From Trypanosoma brucei (lineage: Eukaryota): 64,000 bases of DNA. Position numbers and translations under genes: made by a program. Positions 1 through 10,754 of the stretch are shown piece after piece. The stretch spans positions 768,001 through 832,000 of the forward strand of contig CP000066.1 of assembly GCA_000002445.1 (NCBI GenBank). Reading direction: 5' to 3'. Below the pieces are notes generated by a model that was not told the origin of the DNA, did not search any database, and saw only the letters and a program-made list of their open reading frames with translations. Every line of letters starts with the position of its first letter. The stretch's first letter is position 1.

Positions 1-446
1 GAGCCTGTTGTACTCACCGTCCCGCGAACCACGCAGTTGCCACGATTAACTTCAATAACAGTACCTGGTGACACGATCGTATCATGAGGCCATTTTGTTG
101 ACAGCCATACGGTTGCCACACGCGCTCCAACAGGGGGCTGAAACCCGCGTAGTGGCACCCAGTTCAAATCTGCACTAACCCACAGCACGAGCAAATCATG
201 CACTCGGTCCTTTGAGACATATACCACAGTAATTTCCCCCTCACTGGCCGCATCCAGAAGGTGAAGATCACCCACATCATCCTTGAGAGAATTGAAGTGA
301 TGCCCTGCTGTTATGAGAATGCGAGGAGCTATTGCAATGCAGCTTCCAAGGAACTCATCCCGAAAATACAAGGGATAAATGCCTGACAGAACAGCATCAG
401 ACGGGTCAGATGATGCGGGAGGTCCAGTGAGTCCATGACGAATCAT
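1..446 (-). CDS. Trypsin-like serine peptidase domain protein, partial (3' end outside window)
   Basis: Minus-strand reading frame from ATG at 446 runs open to position 1 (MIRHGLTGPP...). It contains the His-region motif ILITAGHH (cf. TAAHC) and an Asp region DLLVLWVS typical of the PA-clan fold. The frame has no stop inside the window, which is probably why it is absent from the ORF track. A polypurine tract on the plus strand (481-700) gives the upstream pyrimidine tract. Confidence 0.35.
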   Translation of the reverse strand, partial: MIRHGLTGPPASSDPSDAVLSGIYPLYFRDEFLGSCIAIAPRILITAGHHFNSLKDDVGDLHLLDAASEGEITVVYVSKDRVHDLLVLWVSADLNWVPLRGFQPPVGARVATVWLSTKWPHDTIVSPGTVIEVNRGNCVVRGTVSTTG

Positions 447-736
447 TTCCTTCGTCCCCCACTTCTCCCACACACGTACAGTTTCCTAAATGTGAAGAAA
501 AAAAACAAAAAAAGGAAAGGAAAGAGAAGAAAAACGGAAACAAGGGGACGAACCCCCCGCGTGTGACATATGAGCGGAAAACAAAAAGAAAAAAGCGAAA
601 AAGAAAATAATGCGCCAGAGAGTAAACGTTTGCAAAGTGGGGGGAAAAGAAAAGGGATGAAAAATGCGGCTCCAGCGAAGGTAAGTGTGAAACTGCTCTA
701 CGAAGCGTAGACGTTAACAACGAAGAAACCCTCTTC

Positions 737-760
737 CACACACACACACACACACACACA
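737..760. repeat. (CA)12 microsatellite
   Basis: Direct read. Confidence 0.95.
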
Positions 761-1603
761 GATTCAATATTAAGCACCAACAGAGAACAAAGGGGAGTAC
801 ATAAAAGGGAAAAGTAGATGTTTATCCCTTTCCCTCCCATCAGATATAAACAAACACAGAAGGAAAAAAAAAGAAGCAAAATAGGCGTGTACTAAACCAC
901 AAAACGGCAAAATATTCACTTCTAACCACACCTCGAAAAACTTGCGGTTATGATCCTCCTCCCCCCCCCCTTCTCCCAATTATATCTCTTCTCTCAATTT
1001 GGGCCCTTTTTTTCTTTCGTTTCCGCCGCTGTTTAGGTCTGGTATTGTTTCCCTCATCGAAAAATGTGGTAGAACAGAAATTCTCTATAAATGAAAGGTA
1101 GGTAACGCATGTAAGTTTGCATATCCTTTGCGGGCTTTTGACTGCACAGTATCATCACGTAAAGGAAGAGAAATGAGGAAGCAACAAAGAAAGGTGTGTT
1201 CGAATATGGTGAATCATAGCACCCATATAAAAAACAGGAAGGAAGAAAGGAGAAACGAGAGTAGGCGTAGAAAAGGTGTAAAAAAAAAAAAGAAGGGAGG
1301 GAAGGAGGGAAAACAAGTGAAGCAAATGGTACGTCACATGGCTCTATTCCACACACACGTACCGAAGCAACGCGATGACTTGCCTCATTCCTGCTTGATC
1401 CCATGTATCTTCTCATCTCTGTGCCTTACAAACACACCGAGGACCACACATCAATACCCAATTAACTCCCTAGTTTAACAGATCCTTCATTTGGCCAACG
1501 TCTCAATTCCACATAAAGAGGACACGACACGAAGTGCGGTAAAAAAAAACTTCAGCAAGATAGCTAACTGACCAACGAAGATATACCCCGCCTCCATCCC
1601 ACA

Positions 1604-3304
1604 TCACTTCTTCTTCAATTTGCTCTCCTTTACCCAGTCCTTAATGACCTTCAGAATACTTTCAAATTGCTGTGAAACCTTCGGGTCATTGGCATGCTGC
1701 TGCACGCTCATATCTAACATTTTCATAACGTCAAATAACGAATCTGCCGGCTCCTGCCCAGCGAACACCTGCTGGAAGACACCAATGCAGGCCCCTTTCT
1801 TCCCCTCAATATACTCAGGAGCGCTGTCAAGACGCTCAAGAACATCAAACGCCTTCGCAGCATAGTAAAAGGCACACACCTTGTAGCAATCGTTAGCCAT
1901 GAGTTGAAGAATATTAAATGACTCGGCGCTGGTCTCCATCTTGAGGTAAATGTCCCAAGCCCGCTTTGCATGCTTGTTCATGATGTGTGCGCGCATAAGC
2001 CAACTCATGTAGCTGAACTCCGCTTTGACCTTCTCCGAACGCACTGCTGTGAGTGATTCCTCCGCCTCAGCAAAGCTCCCAGTTGCAGCGCATGCAATAC
2101 CATGAAGGTATAGAAAAGTGTCATCATTCAAGAAGTAGGGCTTAATGGAACGTAGGTAAATGAGCACATTGGGGAAGTCGCGCAAGATGAAGAAATACGA
2201 AGCCATGCATTGCCGACCTGGAATTGTATCGCACTCGGACTGTGCAGATCCTATGAGGTTAAAGTACTCACGCGTAGTCTTCAAATGCTCCTCTGAGTCC
2301 AACTTCTGTCCAATGAAGGCATTCACAACTGCTTTCAAAATGTACTCCGTTGAAGCCACAGGTTCAAGATCCTTAATCAGTTCATAGGCCTCCTCAATCT
2401 GCTCATGGCGCAGGTGATATATGACGAGATTCAGCCGAGCCTCTGGCACAACGTTGAGCAGTGGCGGAAGCACCTGAAGGGCGTCCTCGCCATTACGGAA
2501 GACAACCAAGTTATGCTTGACAATATCATTTTCTACATTGTAGGTGGAGCGCTGCAGGTCGATCAGCACACGCAGTTCCGCTTCAGCCGCTTTGCCATTG
2601 TACAGCCTGTAATGATTGCAGGACTTGAGATTAATGGCGGTGGCACTATTATTGTGCGATTGCAAATACACATTAAGCACTTCGAGACTAACATCATAAT
2701 AGTCCATCTTGTAGTAGCACATGGCCACGTAAACGTTCAGTGCGATGTACTCGCGGGTTTCGAGAAGTATGCGCTTATACACATCGATTGCCTCCTGGAA
2801 GTGACCGCGATAGAAATGAACAGCACCCAGCGATAGTTGATCCTCCACCGTTTCCTTCAGCTTCTGGTGATAGACAAGCAACTTGTCCTCATCATACGTC
2901 TTCTGAGCAATGTGAAACAGCAAGCGTGTCTGCAGTGAACAGTCCGGCCCCTTCAACGCACATTCCTCCGCCTCTGCGTAGGACCCGTTGACAAAATGGC
3001 AGCAACCCATGTGAATATAGTGCATTGGATCGCATCCATCAAGCGACAAGAGCTCCTTATATACATCGAGAGCTTTGGATACGTCATTCATGTGAAATGC
3101 ACTGTAGGCCAACCATGGGTTAATGGGGAGATCTCCCACTGGCTGGTTTGTTGTCTTATAAAACTCGAGAACGGTTGTGGCCTTGGAGAAGTCGCGTTGT
3201 TGCAGCGCTTCCTCAAGCTGATCAACAACAGATGTCTTTGTCTGCCCCACCTTCTGGAGAGGTGCGGCATTCTTACGCTTCACCCTCCCACTTGTAGACA
3301 GCAT
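1604..3304 (-). CDS. IFT56: Intraflagellar transport protein 56 (IFT56/TTC26/DYF-13), TPR protein
   Basis: 566 aa with a true ATG at 3304. It is collinear with IFT56/TTC26, sharing blocks such as [123 protein letters not shown] and [10 protein letters not shown]...[14 protein letters not shown]. Confidence 0.85.
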
Positions 3305-4494
3305 CAGTCCGGTTCGTATTTATTAAGTGTAAATCCTTTATCTGCTGAATATCTCTACTATATCTTCCCCTTTATCCCCTTCACGATTTTTTTTCTCTTC
3401 TTACCTCGGTTAACTTTTGCTTTTTTTTTTCTTCTTAGCTTGCTTCCGCCCTCGCTTTTCCTCCCATGATGTAACGGAGTAGAGAGGTCGCAAGCACGCA
3501 GGGCGAGTTAGAAACAACAACAAAATTAAAAGAGGAGCATCAGTCACCGTAACGCAAAGGTTGTCACGCAACACAATGAAACCTTGGCTCAAACAGTTTC
3601 CCAGCAAATTAATATATGCATATACGTACCCCTGCGTACGTGAGTGGATGAGTGAGAGTGAGTAAGTGTGCCCGCGAAGAAAAAAAGAAAGGAAAAGAAT
3701 AACACAGAGCCATGGGTGTCCCCCTGCTCTGCGCAAACGATGACACATAAGCACGGCCCTTCTTCAGTGTGAACTCTCCTTGTCACGCTTCTCCATGGCC
3801 ACATGCACACGGTCCGTTGCATAACTCCGCATACTGCCGCCACATACACACACCGTAAAAGGAATAAAAGCCAAACCGCAGTAGCGTCCAATCAGTTCGT
3901 GGTCGCTCATCCGGCGCAAATTCATGCGCCCACGGGCCAATTCATAACGGGCACGCAGACGCCGCCCCAGTCGTGCAAGAAGCCGCATTCCATAAAAATA
4001 AACGGAATGTGCAGCTTCAAAAGGGAAGGAGAAAGCCCACTACTAGTATGCTGAAGTGGTCCCGTACACTACACCGCACGGGTGATAAAGGAAGGGCTTA
4101 TGTGTGAACACGTCAGTTTGACGTGCACGTGTATGCGTGTGTGCGTATGCGTGTGCGATCGAACGGGTAGTCTGCCTATTTGGTGGTTCGTTCCTATACA
4201 GGTTCCTGTTTGAATGCGTAAATGCAAAGTGATAAATTAAGTAAAGAATCTCAACAGGGCGCAAGGCGTAACGGATCAAATAACAATATCAAAACAGCTC
4301 GAGGTGGTGATGGCTTGCGTACGCATAGATATGTACGCGGCGATATGTGAAGAAAGGGAACGAAACGAAAGAAGGGTTACACACAAGCACCCTCACATGC
4401 ATAAAGGTGGATATGCATATGCACTCACTAACTGGTCCGCACGCCAAACAAAGAGAAAAGGCGTATGTGAAGGGACCTCGACTCCACGCGTGTC

Positions 4495-5475
4495 TCAAAT
4501 AATCTTGGGCCGTACGCAGTAGTGCGGCCCTTCCTCCACGTACTCCTCAACCGTAACACACATCTTTTTGAAGGTACTCAACTGGGAAAGAATCGCCCCG
4601 CCACAAACAGCAGCGTGAGCCGGATCCTTCACGGCGATGTATTGCGGTCCTTCTCTCTGCGTAACTGTGAGAGCATGTGTCATTGCTTCCCCAAGTACTC
4701 GCCCCACTCCCGTCATGCCTGAGGCTGCTCCAACAAGTACCCAACGATCCAGCGATGGGCACTCCAACAACGATTTTTGGTACATGTGCCGCAGAGCGTT
4801 TGGAGCGCTGGCTGTCGGTGCATTGTAAAGAAGTGCCTCACCCGCTTCCCGACATACAGACGGGCTGAGCGTCATTGGAAAGGTGCTCCCATCAGGAAGT
4901 GATATCTGTCGGGACACTGCAGGAGGCTCATCGCCAACAAAACATACCGTTGACTTGAGCGCGAGAAGCACCGGCTCACTGGCCTGCGGAATATGGCGGC
5001 GCAACACCGTGTCGGTATTCTTCGCTCCAACAGAGCGCACATCCTCGCCTAAAAATGACTGCGGAAACCCGTTCACCACCGGGACCGCACGAACACCCCC
5101 ATAGCCCACATCCACACAAACACCCGTCGTTTCTCCCGAGGAGAAAAGAGCCGTCGAGACGCTGTCCACTAGCGAAACGCGCTTAGCACCAAGGCATTCA
5201 AAGCAGCACTTCAGAAGCAGCTCGCGTTTCCTCCGCGGTAACCATGTGTCCGTCAGCAAACATAGCGTGAGCGCAGACCCAGCGGGGCATGTGTCTGAGA
5301 TCAACTCGGCAACATGTCTACCGAAGAGCACAATGTCTAGCGAATCATTAGCCGCGAAAGCTTGAGTTGGAGCCTCGTTAATATTGAACTCAAAGGCAGA
5401 GTTCTTATCAGCCTTTGAAATGCAGGTATGCTTCACTGTATGTGATCCATAATCAATTACACATGTAGCGTCCAT
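4495..5475 (-). CDS. Actin-like / actin-related protein
   Basis: 326 aa with ATG at 5475. The N-terminus MDATCVIDYGSHTVK resembles the actin phosphate-1 loop. The C-terminus GGAILSQLSTFKKMCVTVEEYVEEGP resembles the actin C-terminus (LSTFQQMWISKQEYDESGP). It is divergent and shorter than actin. Confidence 0.55.
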   Translation of the reverse strand: MDATCVIDYGSHTVKHTCISKADKNSAFEFNINEAPTQAFAANDSLDIVLFGRHVAELISDTCPAGSALTLCLLTDTWLPRRKRELLLKCCFECLGAKRVSLVDSVSTALFSSGETTGVCVDVGYGGVRAVPVVNGFPQSFLGEDVRSVGAKNTDTVLRRHIPQASEPVLLALKSTVCFVGDEPPAVSRQISLPDGSTFPMTLSPSVCREAGEALLYNAPTASAPNALRHMYQKSLLECPSLDRWVLVGAASGMTGVGRVLGEAMTHALTVTQREGPQYIAVKDPAHAAVCGGAILSQLSTFKKMCVTVEEYVEEGPHYCVRPKII

Positions 5476-6599
5476 GTGATACTGAAATATATATATCGTT
5501 TATTAGGGGGGGAATGAAACTGTGCAACACGTTCAATGAAGGGGGAAATGGAAAAAAGGATATGCATAACGAGGCGCAAATGGGGTAACGTACAATAAAA
5601 GACATGCAAATGATGTCCACAACCACCGCACCGGCACTGAACATCAACTTAAGCGGGCTTACAACGGAAAAAAAAACGGGGAAGGCGAAAGACCATGGGG
5701 GGAAAGAAGGAAGAAAAGTGACAACGTGAAGCTGCTGCATGCATTTTATTACACAAGAGCGTGTGCGGGTGGATGCGTGTGTAATAGACTGAGGCGGCTA
5801 CTGAACTGTAACAAAAATCTTCACCAATTCCTCCCACCGACTTCACCTGCAGGGGGGTGGAAAGGGAAGGGGAAAGGGGAAAGAGCCGCGGTTGCGGACT
5901 CAGTACGTAAACGTCATATAAAAATGAGCCCCAACTGGGGAAGAAATAGAAAAAAAAAATGATAACAACAACAAATGAGAATAGTGACGAATCTCAACAG
6001 GTACACACACACATATATAAATATATATATATATATATATACGTGAAAATAATGTAGCGATAAACCCTCCCAAACATAAAGGCATGACAACGGTAAAAAG
6101 AGGAGAGCCACCTCAACCCCAGTCACTCAGCGCTGTTGTTATTGTTAACCGTTTGCCATCGTTGCACCTTTGCTTCATCCCTTCCTTTCTTTTTACCTTT
6201 TTTTTTCCTTTTCCGTCTCTCTCTCTCTCTCCTCGTCTCTCTTTGCTCTTGCTCCCTAAACATCTTGTGGGCGCTCCACTTCACTGTTTCTTCTCTTTTA
6301 CCTCACATCCAACAGGGAAGGTGAAAGTTCAATCACCCCTACTTTGGATCAAAAAAAAGAGGGGGAAAGGCTGCGCGACTTTACAGTTTGCACAGTCAAA
6401 CATATTTCCTCCTATTGACGCGGCAAACAATGGTCATACGGAAGTAATTAGCAATACATACCTCCAGAAGCAGTTAGGCATTGCAGTGCAAACGCCCACA
6501 TACCTCAAAAAACGTAAAAAAAAAAAAAAACATGAGCGTATAGAACAGGTCGTTTAGGTTTACGTAGAGAACGGGGAGCGATGGACCTCAAATATTATC

Positions 6600-7709
6600 T
6601 TAATGGGGAGATGTACGCCGGACACCATCAACAAATACACCAACACGGGACGTATATTCCGCAACGGCAGGTGCCCTTCCCTCAACAATGAACGTATCAT
6701 CAGCAACATTCGCCAATCGGTGCATGATGTCTTTGTACTGTTGAACTACTGGCGAATCCCCTTCTGCCGTCGTGGGCGTAGCGCTTTCAGCCCCAACACA
6801 CCGCCCCGTCAAGCCATCACAAGCGGGAGAGGAATACTGAGAACCCGCTGCAAGGGATGATTCCTCCATTAATGACATCACACGCTCACCATCACGGTTT
6901 ACGGTTCCCTCCCGCGTATCATTAAGTCCCACATTAGCTCCTGATGTCGCTGCCTCTTCCTCCCCAGGGTAGTTAAAAGTACTACTCCAATTCATCTTGG
7001 GTGTACGCCATGGTAACTCCTCGCGTGGGCACTTGCCATTCTTTGCGAAATATTCACCATATTTCAACGCACACTTCTGCAGTTGGTTCATCACCTTTGG
7101 AACGATACGTGTTGTGGTGAAGTTTATAACACTGTGCGGAATAGAGCCGCATGGATCGCTGCAGGTGATATACGACAGCAGGCAGCCCCCATCGCCAAAT
7201 GGTTGTATAAGGTAGCCGGTAATGATGGAGCGGGCGCGAACAAATTGTTTCTTTTCCGGGCAGTTCGGGTGTTTGACGGAGTGGTTGAAGATGACGAACT
7301 CACCATTGGTGAACTCCATCCACGAGCGAAGGTTGCAAAAGTCGCGGTTCTTTAATGGCCACGGCAGCTTTACGGCATAGTAGCCAATATCATTGTGTGG
7401 GCTCAAGGTCGCGATATTTTTACCTTCCAACATGTTCTCATCCCATGTCGCGCGGTATCCCGCATCGTGTAAGGTGTCGTAAAGATCTTCACACGTCACT
7501 CCTGGCATCTCTCGCTTCACACGCACGATATTAATTCCCGTGCTTTTGTCCTCAGGTGGCCGCGTTTCCACAAGCGTGTGAGAGTCGGAGTATTGCTTCG
7601 TCCATGCATTTGTTGAGAGGACCAACTCCTTAAACTTACGGAAATCGCGCAGTACCTGAAGTCTATACTTCTCTCCAGCAGACTCAACAAACACATCTTC
7701 TGTCGACAT
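6600..7709 (-). CDS. START-domain lipid-transfer protein (PCTP/StarD-like)
   Basis: The ORF track begins at a GTG codon (7847). The first ATG is at 7709 (MSTEDVFVE). YAVKLPWPLKNRDFCNLRSWMEF and DPCGSIPHSVINFTTTRIVPKVMNQLQKCALKY align with the PCTP motifs (WEVKYPFPMSNRDYVYLR, NPGGQIPSWLINWAAKNGVPNFLKDMARACQNY). Confidence 0.75.
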   Translation of the reverse strand: MSTEDVFVESAGEKYRLQVLRDFRKFKELVLSTNAWTKQYSDSHTLVETRPPEDKSTGINIVRVKREMPGVTCEDLYDTLHDAGYRATWDENMLEGKNIATLSPHNDIGYYAVKLPWPLKNRDFCNLRSWMEFTNGEFVIFNHSVKHPNCPEKKQFVRARSIITGYLIQPFGDGGCLLSYITCSDPCGSIPHSVINFTTTRIVPKVMNQLQKCALKYGEYFAKNGKCPREELPWRTPKMNWSSTFNYPGEEEAATSGANVGLNDTREGTVNRDGERVMSLMEESSLAAGSQYSSPACDGLTGRCVGAESATPTTAEGDSPVVQQYKDIMHRLANVADDTFIVEGRAPAVAEYTSRVGVFVDGVRRTSPH

Positions 7710-9183
7710 TCTTATTAACAAAGACACACTCTCAATCACACGTACCTTAATGATATGGTAATAAGTCCTGGACAACCCCAAAGAGAGAGAGGGGGGTAAG
7801 TAACAGAATTTCACGAGAGAAAGATCTGCTTTTCTTTTTTTCTGCACCGCTTCCAGCCTTCGGTTTTCTTCCTGAAGTCTCCTGAGTTAAACAATAAAAG
7901 TAAAAAAAGGTGCAAAAGCAGGGGATAAAAAAGAGGAGAGCATTACCTGTGCGGTAAATATATAACAATCTTGTGCTCGAATACAGGGAAAGAGAATCGA
8001 ATACCGCCGCATAACAACAACCACATCAACATCAACGATGTCAGCAAACTGCACACGAACTTCCGAGCTTGCATTTATAAAAAAAAAAAAAAGAGTCGAA
8101 CAATGCAACGCAACACAGTGCAGAGCAGAGCATCATTACGAGTAATATACGAATAGCAAGACCGTTTTTCGAAGTCCACATGGCATTATATATATATATA
8201 TATATATACAAATGAATGAGTGAACGAATGAGAAGCAGTGGTTGAACATCCACACGTACTCTTTCTGATACTGTTTTTTTTTCCTTTTTCTCCCTTTAAA
8301 GTGCCTCACACTTGCCCTTTTTTAAAGTTCCCTTGTGCATTTTACCACACACACACCATCAGCCTTTACAGACATTTTCAACAACCGAAATGCGCGGAAT
8401 GTGCAATTTTTCTTCTTTGATTCATGCAAACGCAAACATTTTTTAGGGTGCATTTGTCGCTATCGTCATTGAAACCTTCACATATCTTCACAGACCCTTA
8501 CTTATTGACTAGGAGAATGGTAAACACTTAACTGTAAAAGTAGTAAAGGAAAGGAAAAGGAAAGAGAAGAAAAGAGAGAGAGAGAAAAGGGGGTACCGAA
8601 AAAGAATGCAAAAAATAATGGGAAAAATAAAGTTCACACACACACACACACACACGAAGTAAAGCCACACAACACTACCTGAAGTACATCCAGCGCCCTC
8701 CACCGTGCCGCATCTTCCTATTATCTTGCTTTCTCTATCATTATTCCACGTGAAGAATGATGATAAAGGTTAGTGTCGCTTTGTGGTAAACGGGGAGAGG
8801 GGGGAACAGAAAAAAAAAAGAAGGAATAAAAACGAGCAAAGAAGCGGTTTCAATCTTGCATTTCTCGCGTGTGCTTATGATTTGAATAAACACACATCTA
8901 TCTAACTTGTTTCTTCTTTTTATATTTCGAACCTCTTCTTCTTTCTTTCACACACGCACACAAGTACACGCATGCACATTGGACACTTCTTTCCTCGCAT
9001 TATTCAAAAAGTAAAAAGATTTATACTTACATCTGTCATTTCATGTAGATTTCCCTTCATCCGTCTCTCATACATACGGCCTTATCTTTCCCCTCCTTCC
9101 CCCCCCCACTTCTTGCTTCGCTGCTACTTTCTCTATTATTCCATCCTTTACATGCACATACACATACAAACTCACAAACATAT

Positions 9184-9188
<5 letters not shown>

Positions 9189-9227
<39 letters not shown>
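9189..9227. repeat. (TA)n microsatellite, about 19 units
   Basis: Direct read: atatatatatatatatatatatatatatatatatatat. Confidence 0.95.
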
Positions 9228-9231
<4 letters not shown>

Positions 9232-9461
9232 CATTTATTTATATTTGCGTGTATCAAGCTGATGGATCTTCTAAATGCCGCATACCACATCGTAAATACA
9301 CATGACGAATGGTAATAATAACAGCACCTCGACAGAGAGGAAGGGGAGAACAGGAAAAAAAAAGGAGGGAAGAACGCGGTGTCAAGTTTTAACTGAAACA
9401 AAAGAAAGAAGAAAAGGTACTCTCAGGCGTATACTCACACAATCATACGGGACGATATACC

Positions 9462-10265
9462 TCATGTCGGTGGATCGACGTCCAACCTTCCAACCACATG
9501 ATTGGAACCTAACTTTGCGTCACACCCCGAATGCACATGCATGGAGCCATCGAAACTGTTATCCACCCATATTCCCTTTCCACCCTGAGACACAAAAGCA
9601 CAATGCATGCCACATTCCCTCACCATATTCCCTTGCACAACAGGGTCACTGCCCTCCGTAACATATATCCCAAACTTCGATACATGTTCTACAGAATTCC
9701 TTTCCACAGAGCCCGATGATTGCCCTCGGAAGTAAAAGCCAAAGAGAACATCGCGGACACGATTGCGTGCAATGACTACCCTCGCATTGTTAGCGTGCAC
9801 GCCATTGACACGGCACTCATAAATGTCACAATCCTCCACCTCTCCCATTGAGCCGGTGGAAAAGTAAATGCCGTCACCACCCGATTCGCAGTGATGAATG
9901 CGTGAGCGTCTGACCGTCAATTTTGCCGCCTCCCCCACCCGAATTCCATCACATCCGTGATGAATGTCGCACTCTTCAATGACGGCATGTCCTTTGCGCA
10001 CATCTACGCGTCCACGCACCTGTAGGCCCTTCAAAGTGGCATTTGAACCAATAACAATACCATTTGTAACGATGGTTTCACTTTCAGTAAGGGACGCATC
10101 CCGCTCCGCTGTGACGGTGATGTCTTTAAATACTTTAGGCAGTTCCTCATAAAGGCCAGGTTTCAGGAGAACCGTGTCGCCATCCACAGCAGCGTTTATG
10201 GCCTCTGTTATGGAGCTGTAAGCCCCTTCCTCACCTGGATTGACAACGTGTGTTGTAGTTTCCAT
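9462..10265 (-). CDS. Right-handed parallel beta-helix (pectin-lyase fold / CASH) repeat protein
   Basis: First ATG at 10265 (the track start at 10268 is TTG). It shows a periodic roughly 22-aa repeat with the G-x-V/I-x-x-x-x-I-x-x-C/N hallmarks of PbH1 repeats (IHHCESGGDGIYF, IYECRVNGVHA, VRECGMHCAFV). Confidence 0.55.
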   Translation of the reverse strand: METTTHVVNPGEEGAYSSITEAINAAVDGDTVLLKPGLYEELPKVFKDITVTAERDASLTESETIVTNGIVIGSNATLKGLQVRGRVDVRKGHAVIEECDIHHGCDGIRVGEAAKLTVRRSRIHHCESGGDGIYFSTGSMGEVEDCDIYECRVNGVHANNARVVIARNRVRDVLFGFYFRGQSSGSVERNSVEHVSKFGIYVTEGSDPVVQGNMVRECGMHCAFVSQGGKGIWVDNSFDGSMHVHSGCDAKLGSNHVVGRLDVDPPT

Positions 10266-10754
10266 CAAATAACTCTAATGTGTAAAACTCCAAACTTTCG
10301 GGGGCACACAGGTTCTAAACAAATATGTTATTTCTTTACCTTTTTTTTAAAAAAAAAAAGAAAAATATATGAAGGAAGAAAAGGATCAACTACCTACCCG
10401 CTGTCGTTGTGGGTACTACGTATAAACGGTTTTTTTTTTGAAGAAAAAAAGAGGGAGAGAATATGATGAGAAAACAAACGGCAAAGGTGAAGAAGTATGA
10501 ACGATTGCATAAATGCATCAGCAGTGCAAGGATGAAGACACGAAGGTCCCCTACGTTACTGAGCGACACCGTCAAACAACGAATAAACTAATGATAATAA
10601 TAGTTTTGTGAAATATCGGTAAAACGTGTGTACCTGTAATGTAAAGGCCGTCAGAAACAAACTTTCCAACTAGCATAATTCATTCAGAGCGCGGTGTAAA
10701 ACAATTCATCATCGTACAGCTTCCAATTGTTGCTTCTGTGCAAACTCGGAGGAG

